A DNA stretch of 58,994 bases from a virus (lineage: Duplodnaviria; Caudoviricetes): positions 1 to 58,994 of IMG/VR virus record IMGVR_UViG_3300033151_000226. One strand, written 5' to 3'. Positions 1 through 9,242 of the stretch are shown piece by piece. A model generated the notes under the pieces. It searched no databases and had not been told where the DNA came from. It saw nothing but the letters and a program-made list of their open reading frames with translations. The translations under genes and the position numbers were made by a program. Within the stretch, counting starts at the first letter, position 1. Every line of letters begins with the position of its first letter.

Positions 1-114
1 TGGTGGATAGTCCCTGCCGCATTTAGGGCAATGTATGTCTCTCTCTTTCATGTTGTTCCCCAAGGGTAAGGCGGGGCACACGGCCCCGCCTGTGGTGGTT
101 ACGGCTGGCCTTTT
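1..114. repeat. Terminal direct repeat, left copy (circular overlap)
   Basis: 1-114 is identical to 58881-58994. Confidence 0.97.
69..91 (-). terminator. GC-rich hairpin downstream of ORF 99..806
   Basis: AGGCGGGGC-acacg-GCCCCGCCT perfect 9-bp stem; no clear U-tract. Confidence 0.4.
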
Positions 115-806
115 ACAAACTTCGGCCGTACTACGTTCGGACCATCTTCGGCACGTCTGCGGGCCACATCAACCGCTTGCTCCATGCGCCGGATAACTTC
201 GGCCGGGAGTTTCTCGGTCATGTATTCTTTCCATAACGGGCTTCGCGGATCCACGGCATTACCCCAACCTACCGAACGGTGGTTCGCTACAGTCTCTCCG
301 CGATAGTTCGGGTTCCTGCGCCACTGGCGGCTATACCGCTGCTCTGGTGTAAGTTTGCTGGCTGTTTCGTCGGTGCGCGTGTTGTAGTAACGATCACCGT
401 ACATGGCAAACTGCCCAAGCCGCAAGCCAACATTCATAAGCCAAAGCCCCTGATTGTTTGCATACACGTTCTTGCGCTGCTCGTCGGTATATTCCCGATC
501 AGGCACAAGGATCCCGTAATGCTGGCTTGACTTCTCCGCGGCTTCCACCTGGAACACGTCGCCATTGGCCAGCCAGTCGGCAACATACTCGTCGATCGCA
601 CGGATCCTCACACAACCATACTGATCGTGATCGCTGAAACCGTACTCGTCATACGTCACAATGTTGAGATCCGTCACATTCTGGTTTCCGCTATTCAGGA
701 TCAAGATCCCGTCTACGCGCACAGTACCAGTAATGCGGCCGTCGTCGATCAGTGGTGATATCGCGTCAATGATATCGCCGGTTGAAATATCTTGTAGTTC
801 ATTCAT
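99..806 (-). CDS. Hypothetical protein, 235 aa
   Basis: Long ORF with GGAG upstream, in line with the leftward operon; no family recognised. Confidence 0.8.
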   Translation of the reverse strand: MNELQDISTGDIIDAISPLIDDGRITGTVRVDGILILNSGNQNVTDLNIVTYDEYGFSDHDQYGCVRIRAIDEYVADWLANGDVFQVEAAEKSSQHYGILVPDREYTDEQRKNVYANNQGLWLMNVGLRLGQFAMYGDRYYNTRTDETASKLTPEQRYSRQWRRNPNYRGETVANHRSVGWGNAVDPRSPLWKEYMTEKLPAEVIRRMEQAVDVARRRAEDGPNVVRPKFVKGQP

Positions 807-837
807 ACCTTTTACTCCATGGTTAAAAACAATTTAC

Positions 838-1680
838 TTACTTACACCGATATACCGGCACCTTGGTATCCTTGGCGATCTGCTTCTCGATATCGCCTGA
901 CATTGCTTCCAGGGCGTCACCAAGGCGATAAAACCGATAACCAAGTAATACAGGATCCCCGTCGGCCTTCGGTGCTTCGATGATGATATCAGCCGTAAGC
1001 GTGATTTCGGGCCCACCATAAAACGGCGTTACCTTGATCGTCATTTGCTTTGGCAACGTCAACACCTTCTCGGTGGTGCTGTCGCTGCGGGTTGATACCT
1101 TCATGCTGTAAAGCAGCTCGGCACTGCCAGTATGCAGATCCTTACTTTCTTTGAACTCGCCCTTTGATAACAGTCGCAAGGTTTGGATGATCTCAAGAAG
1201 CTCCGCGCCTGCGGGATCCATCACGTCTGCCATGTTCTGATAAATGAAATCGGCAAACGTGGACTGCTTGAACTTGCGATCGTTCCCATTGAACCACGCC
1301 ACCCAGGACGGTGTAGATCTCGTCTGGTAGATAGCAAGGTGCTGGCCCCACATGGGCCCGTTCTTTGCTGCGCCGTCACCTGGGGCTTGGTGGTAGTCGA
1401 TAATTGCGCGGGCCGTGAGATCCCCGTTACCAACCGCGTCAAACTTGATGATCGTGGATTGCTCTTTGTGCTTGAGCAAATACGCCACAAACGATTTGAG
1501 ACACGTAATCTGGATAGTCTCTTTAACGCGCCGGGGCTTCTCCATACAATCGTCAAGCTGCGTGGTGGTCCAGCCTGGGGGAGCCACAACTACCGGCACT
1601 TCGTTTACATGGCCCAGGTACGGCGTTTCTGCCGCCATGATAGGAAACTCTTGTCCTGGGTTCTGTGTTGTTTCATTCAT
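838..1680 (-). CDS. DUF2303 (YfdQ-like) phage protein
   Basis: 'SFVAYL..HK', 'AIIDYH', 'WGQHLA', 'KFKQSTFADFI', 'P.GAELLEI' pattern; preceded by its usual small partner gene. Confidence 0.8.
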   Translation of the reverse strand: MNETTQNPGQEFPIMAAETPYLGHVNEVPVVVAPPGWTTTQLDDCMEKPRRVKETIQITCLKSFVAYLLKHKEQSTIIKFDAVGNGDLTARAIIDYHQAPGDGAAKNGPMWGQHLAIYQTRSTPSWVAWFNGNDRKFKQSTFADFIYQNMADVMDPAGAELLEIIQTLRLLSKGEFKESKDLHTGSAELLYSMKVSTRSDSTTEKVLTLPKQMTIKVTPFYGGPEITLTADIIIEAPKADGDPVLLGYRFYRLGDALEAMSGDIEKQIAKDTKVPVYRCK

Positions 1681-2027
1681 TGGTTGTCGGTCCCTGTAGC
1701 TTCGGTGGCTTCAACAACACTTGCCATACCGGGCAGTGGGTTTTGAAGCGGATCGTCGCGCTGTAGGCCGTCGTCGCTATTCACGTAGAACAGTGAGATT
1801 GGCCGTCCGAGCTCTGGCGCCGTTCCCTTGATTGACGGCCGGATCTCCATTTGCTCGTTGCTTGGGCCGCGGGGGTGAAGGGCCAGTGTTACCGAGATCT
1901 TCCCGGCCCGGCCCGTTTTGCGAATAGCCGAGATCACTTCCGTCATTTCGTCGGTGAGCTCGTCAATCAGCCTTCCGTTATTGATTTCCCTCAATACATG
2001 ATCGAAGGGTCTGATAGCTTGTTTCAT
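1677..2027 (-). CDS. YfdP-like partner of DUF2303
   Basis: 'F..VLREINNG....EL......V..AIRKTGRAGKISVTL' and 'LFYVNSDDGLQRDDP.Q'; ATGA overlap with the next gene. Confidence 0.7.
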   Translation of the reverse strand: MKQAIRPFDHVLREINNGRLIDELTDEMTEVISAIRKTGRAGKISVTLALHPRGPSNEQMEIRPSIKGTAPELGRPISLFYVNSDDGLQRDDPLQNPLPGMASVVEATEATGTDNQ

Positions 2028-2374
2028 TGGTTTTCCTCTTTAAGTGCGGTGAGTATTTCTTCCCTCTTTGGAATGTCGGGAAGGTCGAGAATCGTTTGTG
2101 TAAAGGTTGTAGCCATGTGCATGGCGGTGGCATGGTTGCGCTTGAGTAGCGCGTCCATGGTTGGATCCCCGGTATCAGTTCGCATGATCCGAGCGCGTAA
2201 ATCTGTCAACATCTGGACGGGGCAACCGTAGTATGCAACGGCCCGCCATGGGCCCAGGCCGCTACCGTCTTTCTTTATTGCCCGCTGGTAAATGATCCAG
2301 TTCAGGGTATTGATTCCATAGGCCCAGTGATCGCCCAGGGTGAACATGGGTTTTACGTCGTATTTTTTGCTCAC
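2024..2374 (-). CDS. Hypothetical protein
   Basis: GTG start overlapping upstream stop (GTGA); ORF track starts at 2407. Confidence 0.65.
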   Translation of the reverse strand: MSKKYDVKPMFTLGDHWAYGINTLNWIIYQRAIKKDGSGLGPWRAVAYYGCPVQMLTDLRARIMRTDTGDPTMDALLKRNHATAMHMATTFTQTILDLPDIPKREEILTALKEENQ

Positions 2375-2568
2375 TTTCTTTTCCTGTGCTGGTTGACATT
2401 GGGGCAAGTGGCAAAATGTGAAATATGCCGTTTCGGATCGAAATCAGTCTCGTCCTCGTCGTCTACAGAATCAGGATCCACTGGGATATTTTTTCCTGCC
2501 GTTGTTTTCATCCATATAATGTAAGCGTGACAGGACCGGCATTGAGGAAGGTTTAATTTTCCGTTCAT
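2371..2568 (-). CDS. Small Zn-binding phage protein
   Basis: 'CRSC...IIW..T..GK..PVD ... SHFATCP' motif; ATGA-coupled start at 2568. Confidence 0.7.
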   Translation of the reverse strand: MNGKLNLPQCRSCHAYIIWMKTTAGKNIPVDPDSVDDEDETDFDPKRHISHFATCPNVNQHRKRK

Positions 2569-2672
2569 TGCTTGTACGCCATGAGTGCTTGAAGGAATCC
2601 GGCAATGTAGGCCCAAAAGACAATCATGGTAACGAACATTGCTTCGATTAACAGGTGTATGAATTTTTTCAC
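2565..2672 (-). CDS. 35-aa hydrophobic membrane peptide (not in ORF track)
   Basis: GTG-KKFIHLLIEAMFVTMIVFWAYIAGFLQALMAYKQ; AAGGA upstream; coupled to both neighbours by 4-nt overlaps. Confidence 0.6.
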   Translation of the reverse strand: MKKFIHLLIEAMFVTMIVFWAYIAGFLQALMAYKQ

Positions 2673-3034
2673 CACTTATATTCCTTTGGCTTTGAATCAA
2701 AGTCACTCGGCTTCAACTCTGGCAAGGTCACAACTTCCGTTCCCTTACTGATCTGGATCCTGGTGCGGAAGAAGCCCCGGTACTGCGGGTACTCCCGCAT
2801 AAACTGACGAGCCAAAAATGGCGCATGATTGTTGTTGATTTTGAAATCGTCCGGCCCAACTACTGCTTGGTCTGTTTCCCACCGGATCCGCTCGATAATA
2901 CTCTTGGCTGCTGCGTTCTGGAATCCCTGGTGTATTCTCTGAAAAGTGAATTTCAAGAATAGCTGATATACAAGTGGGTGCTTGGTGATGAAATTATCAT
3001 ACTGTTCCTGCATTTGATCGTGTCTGTTTTCCAT
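2669..3034 (-). CDS. Conserved phage hypothetical protein
   Basis: 'HP.VYQLF.KF', 'AKSIIERIRWET', 'FKINNNHAPFLARQFM', 'GFFRTR'; GGAG RBS. Confidence 0.75.
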   Translation of the reverse strand: MENRHDQMQEQYDNFITKHPLVYQLFLKFTFQRIHQGFQNAAAKSIIERIRWETDQAVVGPDDFKINNNHAPFLARQFMREYPQYRGFFRTRIQISKGTEVVTLPELKPSDFDSKPKEYKW

Positions 3035-3057
3035 GGTGCTCTCCGTTCGTTAAATTG

Positions 3058-3106
3058 CCCCGGCCGGAAGGGGCCGGGGACTTGTGCCCCACCCGAAGGC
3101 GGGGGC
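3058..3106 (-). terminator. Two tandem hairpins after ssb
   Basis: 3086-3106 stem with cUUCGg loop on the minus strand; 3058-3079 CCCCGGCC/GGCCGGGG stem. Confidence 0.5.
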
Positions 3107-3124
3107 TTGGTGGTGGCGACGTAT

Positions 3125-3574
3125 TCAGAAAGGTATGTCGTCGTCCTCGAAGTCACTGGCGTTCTGGACCGGCTGCGCTGGCTTGTTTGCCTGCTGGTTC
3201 CTAAACCCGCCCTGGCCCTGCTGCTGGCCGCCGTCGCCCCGGCTACCAAGCATCTGCATATCCTTCGCTACGATCTCAGTGGTATAACGATCAGCTCCGC
3301 TTTTATCCTGCCACTTGCGGGTCTGCAACTTGCCCTCGATGTAAACCTGGGATCCTTTACGCAAGTATTCGCCTATGATCTCGGCCAACCGCTGAAACGC
3401 TACGATCCGGTGCCATTCGGTCTTGGTTACTTTTTCCCCGGTCTGCTTGTCGTTCCAGCTTTCCGACGTGGCCACACTGATATTGGCAATGGCCGCCCCG
3501 GAAGCGGTGTACTTCATTTCCGGGTCTTGACCCAGGTTGCCTACGATAATTACTTTGTTTACGCCTTTACTCAT
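3125..3574 (-). CDS. ssb: Single-stranded DNA-binding protein
   Basis: '[15 protein letters not shown]', 'TEWHRIV', '[11 protein letters not shown]', C-terminal DDDIPF. Confidence 0.98.
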   Translation of the reverse strand: MSKGVNKVIIVGNLGQDPEMKYTASGAAIANISVATSESWNDKQTGEKVTKTEWHRIVAFQRLAEIIGEYLRKGSQVYIEGKLQTRKWQDKSGADRYTTEIVAKDMQMLGSRGDGGQQQGQGGFRNQQANKPAQPVQNASDFEDDDIPF

Positions 3575-3831
3575 ATTTCTCTTACTCCGTTTCTTGATTC
3601 TATCCAGTTGATTATTTCTTTAACATCACCGACCACCCTGTACCCGGTTTCTTCGTCACCAACGCCCTCGGTTGTTGTAACCCAACACTCATCTTCACGA
3701 TCATACGAAGGATAAATGGCAACGATTTTATCCCTGTCGATGTAAAGTGGCTTGGTAGTAAAACGGGGGCCATCCAGCCCGGTACCATCAGTCACAACCA
3801 TTTCAAACTCAACAAACCACTTATCTTTCAT
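3571..3831 (-). CDS. Hypothetical protein (MKDKWFVEF...)
   Basis: ATGA overlaps at both ends; the longer track ORF runs back into the exonuclease gene. Confidence 0.65.
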   Translation of the reverse strand: MKDKWFVEFEMVVTDGTGLDGPRFTTKPLYIDRDKIVAIYPSYDREDECWVTTTEGVGDEETGYRVVGDVKEIINWIESRNGVREI

Positions 3832-4514
3832 GCTGCTTTCCTCTGTGGTATTTCGACGCCAAGGCTCTCGATCTCCTGCGCCATGCTTTCGGTGAACTGG
3901 TTTATAGCAGATCTGACCTTGACCGTGTATGCGTCGGCCTTCACCAGCACGTACAACGGGGGCAACTTGGGATGATGTGATTGGAAGTACCAGCGTTGCA
4001 GGCCGGTGATCGCCATGGACCAGTGACACTGTTGCTTGTACTTGGTCGGCAAGGCTTCGGCCGTGTAGAGCTCGAAACGCCCAAACTCCTTCATCAAGTA
4101 CGGCCGGGCCATGCGTCGATATCCGATATGCGTCCGGGCCTTCGGGCACTTAGTCTCCCATCCCATCCCGGCACCTGGCAGCTCGATCAATCCATCAGGT
4201 GAGCAACCAGCTGAACCGGCGTCATTGGTGATCCACGCAACTTCCCGGATCTCCATGCCGGTTTCCATTTCAAACAATCCCCTGGCTTCTGCTTCGTACT
4301 CGATACCGCGATCGAGATCCTCAGACTTAAACTTGTCTTTCTCGCTGGTGAGTCCGAGCATGGCTTCTATCAGCTCGTCACAGTACATTGCGGCCGAACT
4401 CTGTATCTTTCCGGCGACACTTACTACCTTGCTGGCGCCGGACGCACTGGGGATCCCTTTCTTGAGCTCGAACCATTCATCGGTCATTTGTGCAATGTGG
4501 TCGTAGATAATCAT
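3828..4514 (-). CDS. Lambda-exonuclease / YqaJ family nuclease
   Basis: 'Q.TDEWF..K.G..SAS', 'RG.E.E.EAR', 'GCSPDGL', 'ETKCP', 'Y.QQC..SM'. Confidence 0.92.
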   Translation of the reverse strand: MIIYDHIAQMTDEWFELKKGIPSASGASKVVSVAGKIQSSAAMYCDELIEAMLGLTSEKDKFKSEDLDRGIEYEAEARGLFEMETGMEIREVAWITNDAGSAGCSPDGLIELPGAGMGWETKCPKARTHIGYRRMARPYLMKEFGRFELYTAEALPTKYKQQCHWSMAITGLQRWYFQSHHPKLPPLYVLVKADAYTVKVRSAINQFTESMAQEIESLGVEIPQRKAA

Positions 4515-5440
4515 CAGTAGTTCACCTGCATGTGGGGGATCTTGCCAGTGATAACCAATGTAGCAACGTCTATGGCCTGTTCGTGATTAAACCCATGTTC
4601 CATAAAAGCCGCAACAATCTCATTGTTGATTTTGCGCTGGTGTTCCAGGTCGTCTGCGCGGGCTTTATCGCCAGCTGCGCGGGCTTCCTCAATCCCGGCC
4701 AGTCGCCTGCGCTCATGCTCGGCTTCGTCGGCCGCTTTCTGCTCGGCTTCCCGTCGTGCGTTCTCTGCACGTTCCTCGGCTTCGCGTTCAGCTGTTGCGG
4801 CCCGGTCCTCGGCTTCGCGTATTTTCTCAGCACTCTCAAGCCGCACCCGTTCCCGTTCATCCTCGCGGGCCTTTTCTTCCCGTTCTCTCGTTTCTTCCTC
4901 GGCAAGCCTGAGTCGTTCCTTTTCTTCGAGTTCGGCAATGCGGGCTTCCTGGGCCTTGACCTTTTCCTCACGCAACCAAAGCTCGTGCAGGGCGTAGGCT
5001 TCTTCCTCGTCTGCTACCAGCTTGTCGGCGTCGGCTTCGGCCTGGGCAATCTTTTCCTGCTCGGCTTCCCAGTCGGTAAGTGGCTTGCGAACTTCGTCCC
5101 GAAGCTCGTCCAGGTACTCGCGGGAATGTTTACGCCGGTTGTCGATCTCTTTAATGGCCGCCTTTTGTTCGGCTACCAGATCCTTACCAGCTTTGTCGAT
5201 CGTGGTCTTGGACCGAGCCACATTGTAAGCAGTGGCCGCGATAAACTTCCGGCCGTCTACTGTTGAGAGATCCGGCACAAACGACATTGCTTCTGTGCGA
5301 ATACCCACAAGCATACCGTCCAGAAACTTACCCTCTTTATCGAACAGCTGTAGTGCGTTGACGTTCTCGATAGGTACGAGTTGTGTGGGCTCGGTTACTT
5401 TCTTTGCCGCCCGTTTCTTGGTTACTTTTTTCTTAGTCAT
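4514..5440 (-). CDS. Coiled-coil phage protein of the recombination module
   Basis: 'PDLST..GRK.IA..AY.VARSKT.ID..GK.LV', E/R/A-rich helix, end 'GKIPH..VNY'. Confidence 0.8.
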   Translation of the reverse strand: MTKKKVTKKRAAKKVTEPTQLVPIENVNALQLFDKEGKFLDGMLVGIRTEAMSFVPDLSTVDGRKFIAATAYNVARSKTTIDKAGKDLVAEQKAAIKEIDNRRKHSREYLDELRDEVRKPLTDWEAEQEKIAQAEADADKLVADEEEAYALHELWLREEKVKAQEARIAELEEKERLRLAEEETREREEKAREDERERVRLESAEKIREAEDRAATAEREAEERAENARREAEQKAADEAEHERRRLAGIEEARAAGDKARADDLEHQRKINNEIVAAFMEHGFNHEQAIDVATLVITGKIPHMQVNY

Positions 5441-6299
5441 TACCGTTCTCCTGCATTGAGTATTTACGCATTATCAGGTTTTCAATCACTGTCCAGTTTT
5501 GCTCCCTGATATCCTCCAGGCAATCAACCCCCTGCCATTTAAGTAGGTGCGCTTCATCAGCTGCCCCGGCTTCGATCGCTTCTTTGATTACACATACCTG
5601 CTTATCGTCGATCGTCGCTACTGGGCCGGTGTTGCCGTCGTTATCAACGTCCTGCGTAGTAGTGAAGTTAAATATCAAGCCCATCAAAATTACTCTGGCA
5701 TACGTTATGGCTGATTTGGTTCCGTGAATAACGGTTTTATTGACGGTTCCTTGTGGCCCGCGAGTATCGGCCGGAAGGTCAACGTGATACGTCTTTGTGT
5801 ACCCACCAACATGATTGAGCTCGGCCAAGGTGCGGAACCAACCATCATCAATAAGTCTCTGGCTGGCACAGTCGCCAGTGCTAAATGAAAGCGAGAAACC
5901 CTCTTTCGTGTAGTGCGGAGCCAGCGCACTTACAATGGTTGTGAGTTTTGAGTAACGGCTACCTGTTTGGTCGTTCTCAGCATCAGCAATAACCGGCTCG
6001 ATACTTTCCTGCACCGTGGCCATGGCCACAACAAATGCGTGCTTGGCCTGCCGATCTTCCCAACGCTCCTGTAGATCCATCAGTTTTTCTAACTTCTCTA
6101 CATCAACGTCCTGGGCGGCCGCGACTGCGATCATCTGAACATACGGGTTCGCATCTACGATTGCCGGGGTCAGATCCTTTTTTATGGTGAGCCCGGTATT
6201 TTCAACGTTACCGTGTTCCGGGAAAGGTTCGATGTGTTTGCTTTTGGGGGGATCCCCGAAGGGTACTACCTGTTCGTGCTCTATCGTTCTTCCGTTCAT
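5433..6299 (-). CDS. erf: ERF-family ssDNA annealing protein
   Basis: 'DVEKLEKLMDLQERW', 'A..AF..AMA..Q', 'Y..L..IV', 'SAITYAR', 'D.DG'; start chosen by AAAGGA RBS. Confidence 0.85.
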   Translation of the reverse strand: MNGRTIEHEQVVPFGDPPKSKHIEPFPEHGNVENTGLTIKKDLTPAIVDANPYVQMIAVAAAQDVDVEKLEKLMDLQERWEDRQAKHAFVVAMATVQESIEPVIADAENDQTGSRYSKLTTIVSALAPHYTKEGFSLSFSTGDCASQRLIDDGWFRTLAELNHVGGYTKTYHVDLPADTRGPQGTVNKTVIHGTKSAITYARVILMGLIFNFTTTQDVDNDGNTGPVATIDDKQVCVIKEAIEAGAADEAHLLKWQGVDCLEDIREQNWTVIENLIMRKYSMQENGND

Positions 6300-6426
6300 G
6301 TGCTTTCCTTTGTTGGTAGATATCAAGACGCTCGGTTGCGTCCAGGGGTATTGTGCTTGGTGTGATTATCATTCTGCGCGAATGGTCACGGCCGATCTGG
6401 CGCCGGATCCAAGCGGATAGTTTCAT
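6208..6426 (-). CDS. Small basic hypothetical protein (MKLSAWIRR...)
   Basis: AGGA upstream of the ATG at 6426; overlaps the erf start. Confidence 0.35.
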   Translation of the reverse strand: MKLSAWIRRQIGRDHSRRMIITPSTIPLDATERLDIYQQRKAHERKNDRARTGSTLRGSPQKQTHRTFPGTR

Positions 6427-6548
6427 AACTGGAACTTCCTGTAGAGCCACACGCCAGCCATGGAAGCCAGTGTGCAGACCACAAAAAGGAGGAAATAAAA
6501 CATACATCTATTAAACCAAAAGATTGGCTATCAATCAACTATATATAA

Positions 6549-6599
6549 GGAGTAATGTCACATTTGTTATTGACCTACTCCATTCCTTTGGCTGATAAT
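6549..6599 (+). promoter_or_regulatory. Rightward sigma70-like promoter with overlapping inverted repeat
   Basis: TTGACC (6570-6575) N18 GATAAT (6594-6599); GGAGTAATGTCA/TGACCTACTCC imperfect inverted repeat; AT-rich divergent gap. Confidence 0.6.
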
Positions 6600-6606
6600 C
6601 AGAAAC

Positions 6607-6837
6607 ATGAAAGCAAAAGACGTGAAACACATAGCCCATTGCCGCCTTGTAGCCCTTACTGAACGTCTTGGGAACAAGATTGCGGCCGTGAACATGGTTA
6701 CAGAAAACAACGGTCCATCAGAGTCTTGGACGCGGAAGTTCTTAAATGAGGAGATCACCAACCCCACGGTTGATCGCCTGGATGAGCTGATCGCTGCACT
6801 GGACCTGATTGACAAAGCGGAAAAAGCCGCCGCATAA
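6607..6837 (+). CDS. Cro/XRE-like HTH regulator
   Basis: 'SESWTRKFLNEEITNPTVDRLDELIAAL' XRE-type helix-turn-helix; first gene of the divergent arm. Confidence 0.75.
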   Translation: MKAKDVKHIAHCRLVALTERLGNKIAAVNMVTENNGPSESWTRKFLNEEITNPTVDRLDELIAALDLIDKAEKAAA

Positions 6838-6910
6838 CCCAAGGTACAATAATTGTACCCAACACTTTACAGGGGATAAGCGTGCTACATATAGAAAGGG
6901 CCATAATGTA

Positions 6911-7636
6911 ATGGCCAGAATAAGAACGGTAAAGCCAGAAATGGCTCAGGACGAAGATTTAGCAGGATGCACATTTGCCGCCCAGTTGTTAGCAGTTAGG
7001 ATCCTCAACCACTCAGACGATGAAGGCTACTTCAAGGCCAATGAAATGCTGGTCCGGGCCGCCTGTTTCCCACTCATGGAACATTCACTGAACGTTCACG
7101 GATTACTCACTGAGCTTTCAAACATAGGTTATTTGCAGCTGGCAGAAGGCGCCGACAAGAAGTTATACGGGTTCGTCACGAAGTTTACGTCACATCAAAA
7201 GGTGAACCGTCCATACGATAGTAAAATCAAGCCCTTAGTATCATTCACTGAACATTCACTGAACGCTCACGAACCATTCACCCCCGGAACAGGGAACAGG
7301 GAACAGGTAACAGGTAACAGGGAGCAGGGAAAGGGTAAGGGAAAACAGCCGCGCAAAAAGCGCACGGCCCTGCCGCCTGACTGGATCCTTCCTGACGGCT
7401 ACCGCGAGTACGCTGTAAAGAAACGGCCGGAGCTCTGTCCTGATAAACTCGCAGCTAACTTTCTTGATTACCACATTGGTAATGGAAAGTTAATGATGGA
7501 CTGGAAGCGAACGTGGCAACGGTGGGTGCGAGAAGATCATGGACGAAATACCCGTAAAGGAACAGATAGCACTGGCCACCGCCCTGTATCAACTCCCGCC
7601 AGCAGAGGAAAGCAAGCCCTTGAACGTACAAGCTGA
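6911..7636 (+). CDS. Phage replication initiator (lambda O-like position)
   Basis: 'MARIRTVKPE', 'NHSDDEGYF', 'F..HQKVNRP..SKI', C-terminal 'F.DYH.......DW..TW..WV'; internal repeats. Confidence 0.85.
   Translation: MARIRTVKPEMAQDEDLAGCTFAAQLLAVRILNHSDDEGYFKANEMLVRAACFPLMEHSLNVHGLLTELSNIGYLQLAEGADKKLYGFVTKFTSHQKVNRPYDSKIKPLVSFTEHSLNAHEPFTPGTGNREQVTGNREQGKGKGKQPRKKRTALPPDWILPDGYREYAVKKRPELCPDKLAANFLDYHIGNGKLMMDWKRTWQRWVREDHGRNTRKGTDSTGHRPVSTPASRGKQALERTS
7082..7330 (+). repeat. Candidate origin iterons inside the initiator gene
   Basis: CATTCACTGAAC at 7082, 7242 and 7253; about six 7-mers G(G/T)AACAG at 7286-7330. Confidence 0.6.
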
Positions 7637-8141
7637 AAAGATTGCCCGGCGTTTCTGGCAGAAGATGTTAGCCATTTACGGCCGCCAGTGGGAAGCCAGT
7701 TACGGGCACGTTGATGGTGATGCGTACCCGGAATGGCGTGACGCCCTTGCAAGACTGGAAACCAATCAGATCCAACGCGGCCTACTGGCTGTCGAGAACG
7801 AAGGCAACGAACACCCGCCCAACCTGATTAAGTTCCTGCGGTTGTGTCGCACTGTTGAGCCATACAGCAACCACAACAAAGCACCAGCACTACCAAGGCC
7901 AAAGCCCAGGTACAGTGTCATGCGGATAGAAATGGCCAAGCAACGTGCACTCACCGGCAAAGCCTTCAAGGTTGCGGATATCCCGGATAGGATGGTCATG
8001 GATTGGAACAGCGACGACGAAGCGGAGCTACTGGGACTGGTTACACAGTGGGATGATTCCACCGGGCTTGACGGCCTGAACTACTTGATTAACGGATTCG
8101 AGTTTAGTCACGGATCCCAACGGGACAACACTGCGCTATGA
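7539..8141 (+). CDS. Replication protein P-like helicase loader
   Basis: 'FW..M.AIYG..W...YG', 'W...L..L...QI.RGL', 'PPNL..F..LCR'; follows the initiator. Confidence 0.7.
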   Translation: MDEIPVKEQIALATALYQLPPAEESKPLNVQAEKIARRFWQKMLAIYGRQWEASYGHVDGDAYPEWRDALARLETNQIQRGLLAVENEGNEHPPNLIKFLRLCRTVEPYSNHNKAPALPRPKPRYSVMRIEMAKQRALTGKAFKVADIPDRMVMDWNSDDEAELLGLVTQWDDSTGLDGLNYLINGFEFSHGSQRDNTAL

Positions 8142-8584
8142 AACGATCGCTGTTTGTTACCGACAAAGAACACATCGAAGCCGCGGCCCAGGCTGTAGAG
8201 GAAATGGCCCAGGACGTGCGGGATCTGGCCAGCAAGGACATACCGGAGTTTGGCTTTCATATCACCTTCGGGCTCAAAGCGGGCAAGCGTACAACCAAAC
8301 AACGCAACGCCATGGAGGTTTATTTCAGATTATTGGCCGAAACCCTGAATGACGCGGGCCTTGATATGAAACGGGTATTGCGGGAAGAAATAGATATCCC
8401 CTGGGTGCAGGCCAGCGTAAAAGAGCACTTGTGGCGCCCGATACAGCTTGCGCTCACTGACAAACCATCCACCGCGAATCTTGAGCGCGACGAAGTATCA
8501 AAAATCTACAAGGTTCTCGATAAGAACCTGGGCGAGAAGCTCAAAGTTCATGTGCCATTCCCACAAAACAGGTATCCAGAATGA
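8138..8584 (+). CDS. NinB-like recombination protein
   Basis: 'RT.KQ.N....YF..LAE.LN.AG', 'ST..L...E....Y..L', C-terminal 'VPFP'. Confidence 0.65.
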   Translation: MKRSLFVTDKEHIEAAAQAVEEMAQDVRDLASKDIPEFGFHITFGLKAGKRTTKQRNAMEVYFRLLAETLNDAGLDMKRVLREEIDIPWVQASVKEHLWRPIQLALTDKPSTANLERDEVSKIYKVLDKNLGEKLKVHVPFPQNRYPE

Positions 8585-8916
8585 CCATGGTAGCTGAAAA
8601 GAGAATTATCATTGATCGTAATTTGGCTTGGGGTGGGGAGCTCCAGCTGTACTACGCCGAGAGAGTCACCGGGGATCCGCAACAAACGTTTTATGCCAAG
8701 CCGATCGAAATGGGCACGCTGCCAAAAGGTTATGTGGTGCCGGGGCCAATGATGCAGCTGGATGATAACGCCAGCCAGCAACTCATGGATCAACTCTGGC
8801 TTATGGGTGTTCGGCCAAGGCCCGGCCTGCGGGATCCCCTGAACACTGAACACCTGGACGGGGAGATAGACTGGCTCCGGGGCGTAGCAGATCACCTAAT
8901 GAAGCGCGGCAAATGA
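8581..8916 (+). CDS. Hypothetical protein
   Basis: ATGA-coupled ORF; 'QQLMDQLW..GVRP'. Confidence 0.7.
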   Translation: MTMVAEKRIIIDRNLAWGGELQLYYAERVTGDPQQTFYAKPIEMGTLPKGYVVPGPMMQLDDNASQQLMDQLWLMGVRPRPGLRDPLNTEHLDGEIDWLRGVADHLMKRGK

Positions 8917-9242
8917 AAACAGGACTCCCGGCAATCACGGAGCCAGAATCGCGCCGTATTGATCGAATCAAACGTGAAGTCGGTTGTATCGCCTGTTTCT
9001 TGAACGGGCACCCACTGGGTACACCGGCCGACGCTCACCACCTGATAGACCCGGCCACCGGGAACAGGATTTCCCACTTGGCCACAATTCCACTTTGCAA
9101 GGCTCACCACCTGGGCCCGTACTCAATCCACAAACGCAAACTCTGGTTTGCTGGCCGCTATGGATCCGATCAGGATCTACTTGACGAAACAAACGCCCAG
9201 GTTTTAATTCTCGAAAACAACACCATCGGGGGTCCGATATGA
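8913..9242 (+). CDS. Ref-like HNH recombination-enhancement nuclease
   Basis: 'GCIAC', 'PADAHH', 'SHLATIPLC..HH', 'SIH', 'YGS..DLL'. Confidence 0.8.
   Translation: MKTGLPAITEPESRRIDRIKREVGCIACFLNGHPLGTPADAHHLIDPATGNRISHLATIPLCKAHHLGPYSIHKRKLWFAGRYGSDQDLLDETNAQVLILENNTIGGPI

Noticed and set aside
1-114. Terminal repeat as a biological DTR or att site
   Set aside because: It cuts through coding sequence (ORF 58704..58961 and the end of 99..806) and is most simply an assembly overlap of a circular contig; read termini would be needed
2978-5459. Long plus-strand ORFs (2978..3715, 4532..5266 and others)
   Set aside because: Antisense shadows of ssb and the coiled-coil gene, with no motifs or RBS
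7242-7330. Repeats as a mini-CRISPR array
   Set aside because: Units are 7-12 bp without unique spacers and lie in frame within the initiator gene
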